Positions 37,981 through 49,100 of a stretch of DNA of 64,000 bases are shown here, piece after piece. Source of the stretch: Octopus sinensis (lineage: Eukaryota); contig NC_043001.1 of assembly GCF_006345805.1 (NCBI RefSeq), forward strand, positions 112,158,001 through 112,222,000. The letters run 5' to 3'. Position 1 is the first letter of the stretch. Each line of letters opens with the position of its first letter. Both the position numbers and the translations under genes were made by a program. The notes below the pieces were generated by a model. The model did no database searches. It worked only from the letters and a program-made list of their open reading frames with translations, and was not told the DNA's origin.

Positions 37981-38212
37981 AGGCGGTGAGCTGGCAGAAA
38001 TGTTAGCTCGCTGGGCGAAATGCTTTGCGGTGTTTCGTCTGTCTTTACGTTCTGGGTCCAAATTCCGTCGAGGTCGACTTTGCCTTTCATCCTTTCGGTG
38101 TCGATTAAATAAGTACCAGTTACGTACTGGGGTCCATACAATCGACTTAATCCGTTTGTCTGTCCTTGTTTGTCCCCTCTGTGTGTGGCCCCTTGTGGTT
38201 AGTAAAGAAATA
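37981..38212 (+). mobile_element. SINE C, full copy with 16-bp TSD
   Basis: TSD agaaaattattaaatg at 37957-37972 and 38213-38228. Confidence 0.92.
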
Positions 38213-38379
38213 AGAAAATTATTAAATGGTTTTTATTAGTACGGATTTATCAGCTGGGTTTTCTGCATTCGTGATACTTTCCTTTTGGTATCCACTGCAA
38301 GCACGAAATGTTTTGTGTTACGAAACCATGAGCTATGAATACTCTGTATATATCCATCATTGACTACATGGTAAAAGCC

Positions 38380-38485
38380 TCATCAACACTGATAATCTAC
38401 CCACTTTGTGATCCGGAGGTGACCACGAATCAGACTTTCGGCTCTTGGTTCACTTTTGCATCCTTCTGCTGATTAAAAATAATAC
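38380..38485 (+). mobile_element. Solo copy of the second Penelope-like terminal sequence
   Basis: actttc(g/a)gctcttggttcacttttg(c/t)atccttctgctgattaaaaataatac shared with 32262-32313; both abut CA-rich microsatellites. Confidence 0.6.
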
Positions 38486-38488
38486 ACA

Positions 38489-38542
<54 letters not shown>

Positions 38543-39325
38543 GTATATATTCTTTACTTCACGTTAACGATGTGTTTTACTTCATTTATGGGACAAAATC
38601 TGGCACTTTTTCTGAGGTTGTCTCTTAGTCCGATCCTCAATTTTGAAAACAAGGCGCATAGAGTGCTATATGCTATACGGAGCCCGGTGTGCTACAACTC
38701 CTCTTGATATCCTTATCCCATCGCCTTTGGACTTTTGTGAAATTTAGGAATAAGAAGCAGAAGATGGGACTGAAATGAGCCGTTGGCGTGAATTTGCTTA
38801 AGATGGACGACAGCTTGCCTGGCTGAAATTCACTGACTATAGCTCCAGGTCCTTGTTTTACGGCACACATGATGTGACATGCTGACACAATCTATAGGCT
38901 CAGTATACAGGAAACACTATTAGGCATCACACATACATATTATGTAGGACAATCTACGGAACTGTATACTGTATACAAGAAAGCTTTGTTAAACGAAAAT
39001 AATGATACATATTTGACAGGAACACCAGTAGCGTTCTTTACACATTTAGCTTCATACAGAGGATCATACAACTTTTCGACGGCAGATAAACTGCATGGCA
39101 GTTTTCTGTTATGAAAACACATGCTCATCTACTCGAACAGGTCACATATTTGTGAGAGAGCAGTTATTTTAAGCTATTTATTCATTTTACCCATACATAT
39201 AAAAGTATTGTGATTACGATAGAAAATACAGAACTAAAACTGCACATGCAGCACAAGATACAGCTGCACTGTGTAATGCAGGAAAAGAGATGAAAGTATG
39301 ACGAATACTACTCCTGCAGATGTTT

Positions 39326-39398
<73 letters not shown>

Positions 39399-39448
39399 CA
39401 CCACAACTACAACAAATTTTATTATTATTATGTTTGGCTTTTGCTATA

Positions 39449-39490
<42 letters not shown>

Positions 39491-39658
39491 TATTATTACT
39501 ATTATTATTATTATTATTATTATTATTATCAGTGGTAGTAGTAACAGTGGTAGTATTAATAGTAGTAGTAGTAGTAGTAGTAGCAGCAGCAGCAGCAACA
39601 GCAAGAAAAACAATAACAACAACAATAATAGTTATAATGATAATCCTGGAATTTTGAG

Positions 39659-40495
39659 GGAAGGGGTTTAGTCAATTACATTGACTCTATTGGTCAACTC
39701 GTACTTACTTTATCGACCCCGAAACGATGGAAAGCAAAGTGAACCTCGGTGAATTCAGAACGTGAAAACAGGCCGAATGCAGCTGAACATTTTGCCCGGC
39801 ATGCCAACGATTCTGCTAGCTCGTCCCTTTATTTTAATTATAATAATAATCCTTTCTACCAAAGACAAAAGCCTGAAATTTTTTGTGGGGAGGGGACTTG
39901 TCAATTACATCGACCTCAGTACTTGACTGGTATTTAATTTATCGGCGGCGAGCTAGTGGAAACGTTAGCACGCCGGGCAAAATGCTTACCGGTATTTCGT
40001 CTGCCGTTACGTTCTGAGTTCAAATTCCGCCGAGGTCGACTTTGCCTTTCATCCTTTCGGGCTCGATAAATTAAGTACCAGTTACGCACTGGGGTCCATG
40101 TAATCGACTTAATCCATTTGTCTGTCCTTGTTTGACCCCTCTGTGTTTGGCCCCTTGTGGGTAGTAAAGAAATAGGTATTTAATTTATCGATCCCAAAAG
40201 GATGAAAGGCAAAGTCAACCTCGGCGGAATTTGAACACAGAATGTAGCGATGTGCGAAATACCGCTAAGCATTTCGTCAAGTGTCCTAATCATTCTGCCA
40301 GCTTGCCACCTGAGTAATAATCATGATTTAAATTTTTTGGCACAACACCAGCAGTTTTAAGAGAGGGTCTAAGTCGGTCATATCGACCCCAATGTTCAGC
40401 TGGTACTCTTTTTATCGACCCAGAAAAGATGAAAGACAAAGTCGACGTAAGCATTTCGCCTGATGTGGTAACGACTCTGTCAGATGGCCGCATTT

Positions 40496-40563
<68 letters not shown>

Positions 40564-40928
40564 CATTTCTGAAATTGTGAGGGAGGAGGCTAGTCAATTA
40601 CATCGATCCCAGTGCTTAACTGGTAGTTAATTTATCGATCCCTGGAGGATGAATGGCAAGGTCGACCTCAGCGGAATTTGAACTCAGAACGTTAGCGACA
40701 GGCGAAATACCTATTTCTTTACTACCCACAAGGGGACAAACAAGAACAGACAAACGGATTAAGTCGATTACATCGACCCCAGTGCGTAACTGGTACTTAA
40801 TTTATCGACCCCGAAAGAATAAAAGGCAAAGTCGACCTCGGCGGAATTTGAACTCAGAACGTAGCGGCAGACGAATTACCGCTAGGCATTTTGCCTGGCG
40901 TGCTAACGTTTCTGCCAGCTCGCCGCCT

Positions 40929-40929
<1 letters not shown>
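39659..40929. mobile_element. SINE C cluster: degenerate minus copies, a plus copy (39945-40174) nested in a minus copy, and a minus-strand dimer (40575-40929)
   Basis: 16-bp TSD ggtatttaatttatcg at 39929-39944 and 40175-40190; dimer junction gaaatacctatttc at 40704-40717. Confidence 0.88.
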
Positions 40930-40959
<30 letters not shown>

Positions 40960-41017
40960 GCTGCTGCTGCTACTACTACTACAACAACAACAACTACTAC
41001 TACTATTACTACTACTA

Positions 41018-41071
<54 letters not shown>

Positions 41072-41789
41072 TATGGGCTCTAAAATGATTGTTTTAAAAT
41101 GGAATGTTTAGTCGTTAAAATGGAATGGTATTGAGCTTTTTGTTGTTATCAGGTTCAATGTTTGTTTTATATTATTTTTACCTATTTATTTTTTTAATAT
41201 TTATTTGTTGTTACATTGAGTATTATTCATATTCTGTGAATAAAATAGAAAAAAAAAATTGCGACTGCTAAGATTTTTGCAAATAAATTCCAATAAATTC
41301 TGTAATCTGATATTTTAATTTTTCACCATTAGTTTTCCCCCGGTTGAAGCATACAGTTACAATTTTTAAAGAATACCTCCGGGCAAGTTGCCATCAATTT
41401 CCACTAAAGCCAATTGGTTATTCACAGTGAATTAAGCAGAGAGAAGATACAAAACAATCAAAACAATGCAGTCAGCAATAACAAAACTCTATAAAATATG
41501 TCTGCAATTAAGAGTAGTAAAGTTGACATTCGATTTTATGTGTAATATAAAAACCGCACACAACACATATAACACACGTGTACATACGTACAAATGTGTA
41601 TACACATACATGCACTTATATGCAGAGAAAGAAAGAAGGAGAAAGAGAGAGAGAGAAAGAAAGGGTGAGAAAGATTAGAGGTAGTCGACTGGCAAAATCA
41701 TTAGAGCGACGGACAGATGGTGTGGAGTCATTGTTCTAGCTCTTGGTGTTTCGAGTTCAAATCAAGTCAAAGTCATCGCTGACTTTATC

Positions 41790-41790
41790 C

Positions 41791-41866
<76 letters not shown>

Positions 41867-41871
41867 CATCA

Positions 41872-41904
<33 letters not shown>

Positions 41905-41951
41905 TATTATTATATATTATTATTATTATTATTATTCAGTAGTTTTATTTT

Positions 41952-41996
<45 letters not shown>

Positions 41997-41997
41997 G

Positions 41998-42036
<39 letters not shown>

Positions 42037-42110
42037 GTAGTAGTAGTAGTAGTTGCAGCAGCAGCAGTAATAGTATTATTATTATTATCATTATTATTAT
42101 TATCATCAGC
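41790..42110. repeat. Compound (TTA)/(TAA)/(GTA)n tract
   Basis: Trinucleotide runs of alternating orientation. Confidence 0.93.
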
Positions 42111-42297
42111 GACAAAGCTAAATACGTGATAATAACAACAGCATTCGTGGCAGCAAACGATATTACCATTAAACAATAAATTCATAATCATATTAGAGAG
42201 TACACGAGGCACAATGTACCCTCTAATATGAGGCACCGTGTAACCTCTAATAGAAAGTAGAATTTAACATACTACCTAAGCTAAAAAGTTGTAAATA

Positions 42298-43585
42298 TCA
42301 GGTCATCCCATAAGTTCTGTCCGAATTTTGAATAAACAATACAAGTGATCAAAATTTTATATTTAATTGAAATTTAATCATTAATGTACTTTCCCTGATG
42401 AACTATGACTTCCTTCCATCTTTTTACAAGCTTTTTAATCCCATCAATGTAAAACTGTTTTGGTTTCAAAGCGGAGAGCTCTGACATGTCAACCTCCTCC
42501 TGGCCTGCGAAAGTTATGTCCCTCAAATTATTCTGTAAACTATGAAACAAATGGTAGTCTGAAGGAGCAAGGTTGGGAGAATAAGGTGGATGAGGAATTT
42601 TTTACTAACCAAGGTCTTCTGTGATGTGATCTTTGCAGTGTGGGGTTGCGCATTGTCTTGATGAAACATCGCTCCTTTCCGATTCACTAAAGCGGGTCTT
42701 CTTTTTTTTCAAAGCTTGGTTCAAATGCTCTAATTGCTGAGAGTCGACTTGAGCATTGATTGTTGCATTAGGTTGTAACAATTTAAAGTGAATTACTCCT
42801 TTGCAATCCCACCAGATTGAGAGAAGAACATTTTTTTCCATGAAGTTCCCTTCTCGGTTGTGGTTAACGTTTTCCCTTTTACCAAGCCACTGTTTATGAC
42901 GTTTAACATTTCAATAGAAGATCAACTTTTCGTCACCAGTCACAAGTCTATCCGAAGAGGGTGAAATGAGTTCGCGAGAATGGAGAGAAGAGTAGATGTC
43001 AACTTGGGATTTGCGGTTGCTTTCGGACAATTCATGAGACACCCATTTTCCAAGTTTAGGAATACTTTCCAAGTTGTTGAAGATGGCGATTAACAGTTAA
43101 AGAAATAGATTAACAGTTTTATGGTTTGAACTAAACTTTATTGCCAATTCTTCAACTGATAATGCAGGATTTTCTTTAAGTAATGCCTCAAGGCGCTTAT
43201 CATCAAACTCAACTGGACGTCCTGTTCGATCTTCATCTTCAAGGCTAAAATCTCAACTTCTGAATTTTGCAAACCATCTTCTGCAAGTTCTTTAATTCAA
43301 GCATTCTATCCCATAAGCTAAGTGTATGTTTCGAGTCGCTTCGGTTGCAGAGTTTCCTTTTTTACTCATAAAGCATTATGTGCCTCAAATGCTCTTTGGA
43401 TACTTCCACGTTAGAAAGAGTTTTAATCAAAGAAATTTTAATTCTATTATTCTGTAAAATAATATTTAATTAGTCTAAATGTACACAGACGCATAAAAAT
43501 AAATTTGTTATTGCATTAGACATCCTAAAATACAATTAAATTTCATTTAATTTTAAAATCAGACAGAACTTATGGGATGACCTGA
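42298..43585 (-). mobile_element. Near full-length mariner (about 1288 bp), decayed transposase
   Basis: 24-bp identical TIRs tcaggtcatcccataagttctgtc, TA on both sides; minus strand VLLSIWWDCKG, FHQDNAQPH, HPPYSPNLAPSDYHLF; frameshift in an A-run near 42697. Confidence 0.93.
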
Positions 43586-43605
43586 TATATATATATATAT
43601 ATATA

Positions 43606-44253
43606 TACGTCAAAAATTATCCGCACTTTTACCATAACATATCTTTATTATGGTCACATAGCATTTTGCGCATGCGTGTTTATAGTGGTATATTGTGATT
43701 ACGTGACCGAAGTTTGATCCGTTCGTGCCATTTTTCTTTCTGGATTTACAATGTAAGCATGGCCGCTCCATGTGCAAAGAGGAACAAAGGGCAGTGATCC
43801 GAGAGATGATAATGGCGAACCGGTTCACCATTACCATCTCTCGAGCTCGCTGAATCTTCTCATCAGTAGTGGAGGTTGATCGGCGACCTGCTCCCGCTTC
43901 ATGCATCACTCTTGTCCAGCCACTTTTAAACGTCTCGATCCACTCATTCACACTTCTATGCGGTAGTACACTGTCCCCGTATTATGCTAAAAGCCTCCGA
44001 TGAATTTCAGCCCCTGACACATCTTCCGACAAGAGAAATCGGATCGCTGCTCATTGTTCTTCTTTGATGCACATTGCTAGTGAAGCGGCCATGCTTATAC
44101 TGTAAAACCAGAAAGAAAAATGGCGCCCACAAGCTGAAACTTCCATCACGTGACCACAATAGTGCAAACTATTAGCACGCATGCGCAGGAGGGTGTTTGA
44201 CTATAATAAGGATATGTTATGGCGAAAGTGCGGATAATTTTAAACTTTCCATC

Positions 44254-44256
<3 letters not shown>
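43606..44256 (-). mobile_element. Internally deleted mariner-family element with long imperfect inverted ends
   Basis: aaaattatccgcactt(tt/tc)...ccataacatatc at both ends; minus strand AAIRFLLSEDVSGAEIHRRL...EWIETFKSG...AGRRSTST is a mariner N-terminal HTH region. Confidence 0.85.
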
Positions 44257-44325
<69 letters not shown>

Positions 44326-44432
44326 GTGTGTGTGGTGCGTGCGTGCGTGTGTCTATATACATACGTGTATACATACATGCATACATACAAGACATGCATA
44401 TACTGTATATATATATATACACACACACACAC

Positions 44433-44468
<36 letters not shown>

Positions 44469-44512
44469 CATACATTCATACATATATACACACATATATG
44501 CATACATACGCC

Positions 44513-44663
44513 GTGCTTGATCGTTAAATCCACAAGTTTTTCTTTATCTCTCTCTGAGCGTGCTCGAAACGTAAAAGACTTTCTCACTTTCCCAAGCGTC
44601 AAACTAATACATCTGGTTGTTGTTCATACACCTGTCTCCGTCTTTTGTTTTTCTGTAAATTTC

Positions 44664-44667
<4 letters not shown>
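44513..44667 (+). mobile_element. Solo Penelope-like terminal repeat (hammerhead core partly deleted)
   Basis: Homologous to 2171-2355; retains gctcgaaacgtaaaagac; ends at (TA)n. Confidence 0.72.
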
Positions 44668-44709
<42 letters not shown>

Positions 44710-45404
44710 CACTTGATCACATGATCGACCAGCCAATCAAATGTTGTTATATATCACTGGTCACGATACACTTTGTGTCGTCTTAGCATTCGAATGGTGA
44801 CATCCTGCTGGTTAGGCGAGCAGGTCAATATATATATATATATTGAAAGCGTGCATAGATAAATAGACGCTGATATTAGAACTGAAGATAAAAGAATATG
44901 GATATATAGAAATATGTGAGAACTAAAGAAGATATTAAAAAAGATGAATCGATGGAAATACAAATCGACACACACACACACATGAACACACACGCGCACA
45001 CACACACAGAGATACACGCGCACACAAAGTAATACAGTAACAAAGGGGGTGAGAAAGTCGCACAGAACGATAGAATGTGTGTGTATATGTGCGTGCGTGC
45101 GTGGGTGTGTGCGTATGTGTGTGTAATAAGAAGTGAAAGAGTAATAAGGAGGAGAGAAATGAAATATGAAAGGATGTAAATAAATTACATCCCATCATAT
45201 TTTTATGAGTCATATTAAAGATCGATAAGAGGCAATTGAGGCCCCTACTTCAGGTTTTCCTCAGAAAATGCTTAAGTCAACCATTAACTCAGTCGCTATT
45301 GGAGTTCTTTCGCTTATCTTGATGTTATTACTTCATCTCTTATTGTAGTTATCACTTAATATATCAGTTTTGTTTCCATGCTGGAATACAGAGTTACTGT
45401 CTGT

Positions 45405-45790
45405 AAATTTTATAGAGACTGTCAATGGCTTTATATTTAATGTTACTATGGCTTTGATAAGGAATGTTAAGGCTTTTATTGGCGTTGATTCTATGGATCT
45501 TATCGAGACTATTTCTGGTTTTTATGGGGACTGCATCTGGCTTTTATAGAGACTGTTTCTGGGTTTTACCGGGATTGTTTCTGACTTTTATAAGGACTGT
45601 TTTTTGCTTTTATAGGGACTGTTTTGGGCTTTCGTAGGGACTGTCAGAGGTCATGATAGAGATAATGTTGATGGGTTTTATAGGGACTGTCTCTAATACT
45701 TTTATAGGTTTGTCTATGGATTATATAGCAACTATGAATATGGTTTTAATGGGGATTGTGTCAAGGGATTATATGGGGACTGTTTCTAGC
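45405..45790. repeat. Degenerate 22-bp minisatellite (consensus near ggcttttatagggactgtttct)
   Basis: Successive 22-mers cttttatagagactgtttctgg / gttttaccgggattgtttctga / cttttataaggactgttttttg / cttttatagggactgttttggg. Confidence 0.8.
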
Positions 45791-45943
45791 AACAAAGGGT
45801 TTCTGCATGTGGCTTATACAGTGTCCATTTCCGTAGAGTTTATATATAGTCGTTGAAGCTTCTACATAGGGCAGTCAAATATTCTGCGTACCAGAGGTAG
45901 TTTTTAGGACGGTAGAATAGAATGGATAGACGGTAGAATAGAA

Positions 45944-46175
45944 AGGTGGCGAGCTGGCAGAAACGTTAGCACGCCGGGCGAAATGCTTAGCGGTATTTCG
46001 TCTGCGTTACGTTGTGAGTTCGAATTCCGCCGAGATCGACTTTGCCTTTCATCCTTTCGGGGTCGATAAATTAAGTACCAGTTACGCACTGGGGTTTGAT
46101 GTAATCGACTTAATACCTATGTCTGTCCTTGTTTGTCCGCTCTGTGTTTAGCCCCTTGTGGGTAATAAAGAAATA
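45944..46175 (+). mobile_element. SINE C, full copy with 18-bp TSD
   Basis: TSD ggtagaatagaatggata at 45911-45928 and 46176-46193. Confidence 0.92.
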
Positions 46176-46470
46176 GGTAGAATAGAATGGATATGTACCT
46201 CGGTATTCCCTATTCCTGAAGAGAGACGGAATGGTCATATCTGGAATGCTTTTGATCAGAACAGCAACAACAATAACAGCAGCAGCAGCAATAGCAGCAG
46301 TGAAAACAGTAGGAAGCAAAAGTAGTAATAGCAGCACCATCAACAACAACAGCAGCACCAGTAACATTACTGAATACGACAGTAGCATCAACGACAATTG
46401 GAGCAACAACAAAGACAGCAACAACAATAGCAACAAGATCACCACCAGGCAAATAACAGTTCCATTAAGA

Positions 46471-46860
46471 GGGGAGGAGGGAAACACTCCGTCGGTAACG
46501 ACGACGAGGGTTCCGATTGATCCGATCAACGGAACAGCTTGCTCGTGAAATTAACGTGTAAGTGGCTGAGCACTCCACAGACACGTGCACTCTTAACGTA
46601 GTTCTCGGGGATATTCAGCGTGACACAGAGAGTGACAAGGCCGGCCCTTTGAAATACAGGTACAGCAGAAACAGGAAGTAAGAGTGAGAGAAAGTTGTGG
46701 TGAAAGAGTACAGCAGGGATCACCACCATCCCCTGCCGGAGCCTCGTGGAGCTTTAGGTGTTTTCGCTCAATAAACACTCACAAAGCCCGGTCTGGGAAT
46801 CGAAACCGCGATCCTATGACCGCGAGTCCGCTGCCCTAACCACTGGGCCATTGCGCCTCC
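46471..46860 (-). mobile_element. SINE family B, full copy with 10-bp TSD
   Basis: TSD tccattaaga at 46461-46470 and 46861-46870. Confidence 0.92.
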
Positions 46861-47089
46861 TCCATTAAGAACACCAGTAACAACAAAAACAACCAAGAGT
46901 CAATAGCAACACGACGACCCCCCTCACCACCACTACCACTAACTACAACAACCAGAACAACATGTGTAATGTGAGTCTTCGAGAATGTGGTCAAGATTGG
47001 TCGTTCTGCTCAATTCTGCTCAAGTATTTTTCAAACAAGCGTAGATGGGGAAACAGATTTTGGTAGAATTACACTTTGTGCCCGTGCTC

Positions 47090-47650
47090 GTATGTGTGTG
47101 GGTGTGGGGGGGAACGATGTGTGTGTGTGTGTGTGTGTGTGGGGCAATGTGTGTGTGGGGTGATGTGTGTGTGTGTGGAGTGATGTGTGTGTGTGTGTGT
47201 GGAGTGATGTGTGTGTGTGTGGGGCAATGTGTGTGTGGGGTGATGTGTGTGTGTGGAGTGATGTGTGTGTGTGTGTGGGGCAATGTGTGTGTGGGGTGAT
47301 GTGTGTGTGTGAGGTGTGTGTATGTGTGTGAGCTTGTGTGCGTTTGCGCGTGTGTGTATGCGATGTTCCTGTGTATGATGTATATGTGTGTGATATATGT
47401 GTGTGTGTGTGGGGGGGGGAATGATGTGTGTGTGTGGGGCAATGTGTGTGTGGGGTGATGTGTGTGTGTGTGAGGTGTGTGTATGTGTGTGAGCTTGTGT
47501 GCGTTCCAGTTTGTGTGCGTTTGCGCGTGTGTGTATGCGATGTGCCTGTGTGTGATGTATATGTGTGTGATGTATGTGTGTGTGTGATGCATGTGTGTAT
47601 GAGTGTTTGTGTGTGTGTGTGCGCGCGCGCGCAAGTGTATGTGCGTGTGT
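47090..47650. repeat. (TG)n-based minisatellite with GGGG/GGAG interruptions and a block duplication of about 150 bp
   Basis: Units tgtgtgtggggcaatg / tgtgtggggtgatg; block near 47280-47410 repeated near 47440-47585. Confidence 0.88.
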
Positions 47651-48150
47651 GAAGGAGTTATGTCCAGTGCACAATTGCCAGAAAAACGCTTGGGAAAATG
47701 CTAAGAATTTATCTGAAGCCGTGTTCTTTGTAAATTCGCTTCAGAAAATGGTAATTAAGGGGTCTGAACATTTTGTATAGATCTATTTTGCATCTTGGAG
47801 TTCTGGTCACAATTCTAGATTTTGCTTGATGTATAAACATCTAGTATCAAGGAACTTTGTGACGGGTGGTAGGATTGGGTGAATGTGGTGGAGATCAGCC
47901 CCGAATAATTACAACCACATAGACTTCGATGAATGAACCCCTAAAAATCAACGTAGTGTTGTGAAACCATCAACCAGATGAAATTCCACAACCCCGAAAA
48001 AGGAACCGTTCCTCTGATTGGGTTCTGCACAGATTTTCTTTATCAAATTTCACGTCTAAGACAATGACAAAATACGAGTGGTTGCAGAAAAGTTCCTGTT
48101 TTGGGTAAAAGATAAAACAGGAGTATCAGTTAATTATGGTTTTATCCAAC

Positions 48151-48545
48151 TCTCTTTTACTCTCTCTTTTACTCTTTTACTTGTTTCAGTCATTTGACTG
48201 CGGCCATGCTGGAGCACCGCCTTTAGTCGAGCAACTCGACCCTGGGACTTATTCTTTTGTAAGCCCAGTACTTATTCTATCGGTCTCTTTTGCCGAACCG
48301 CTAAGTTACGGGGACATAAACACACCAGCATCTGTTGTCAAGCAATGCTAGGGGGACAAACACGCACACATATATATACATATACATATATACGACGGGC
48401 TTCTTTCAGTTTCCGTCTAGCAAATCCACTCACAAGACTTTGGTCGGTCCGAGGCTATAGTAGAAGACACTTGCCCAAGGTGCCACGCAGTGGGACTGAA
48501 CCTGGAACCATGTGGTTGGTAAACAAGCTACTTACCACACAGCCA
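48151..48545 (-). mobile_element. SINE A, head slightly truncated
   Basis: Reverse complement of family A consensus. Confidence 0.9.
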
Positions 48546-48682
48546 TTCTGTGATTCACACACTTATTACAACAGTCCTTCAATTTTCTAAGCTCTGTAAA
48601 AGAATTCGGAAGTTTGGGCCTCCAACCAGGCCTTTCGCGACACCCTCGAAATCAAGAACTTTTCAGCATCCCCTCATATAAT

Positions 48683-48896
48683 ACAGTTCTATATTTAAGA
48701 GATGAGGAATTACGTACATTATTTACAATTGATGGATATTTGTCCTCATCTTATTTGTTGTTAACAACAAACAAGATGAGGACAAATATGGCGTAGTGGT
48801 TAAGAGCGCAGGCTACTAACCCCAAGATTCCGAGTTCAGTTCCAGGCAGTGACCTGAAAAATAATAATAATGATAATAATAATAATAATAATAATG

Positions 48897-48943
<47 letters not shown>

Positions 48944-49100
48944 CATCATCAAAAAATACCTCAGGAATGAGAACCCAGGTTCGAAATTTCCCCAAGACAC
49001 CTGATGAAGGCTGGAGGGTATATCAGATGAAATGTTGTGTTAACAACAAACACGATGAGGACAAATACCCATCAATTGTAAATAATGTAAATAACGTATC
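48683..49100 (+). mobile_element. Chimeric element: inverted tail copy + tRNA-like head + (TAA)n + hammerhead-bearing tail
   Basis: A box tggcgtagtgg at 48789-48799, decayed B box near 48832; acac-ctgatga-a-ggctg...cagat-gaaatgt-t-gtgt at 48997-49040; 54-bp palindrome at 48736-48789. Confidence 0.7.
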
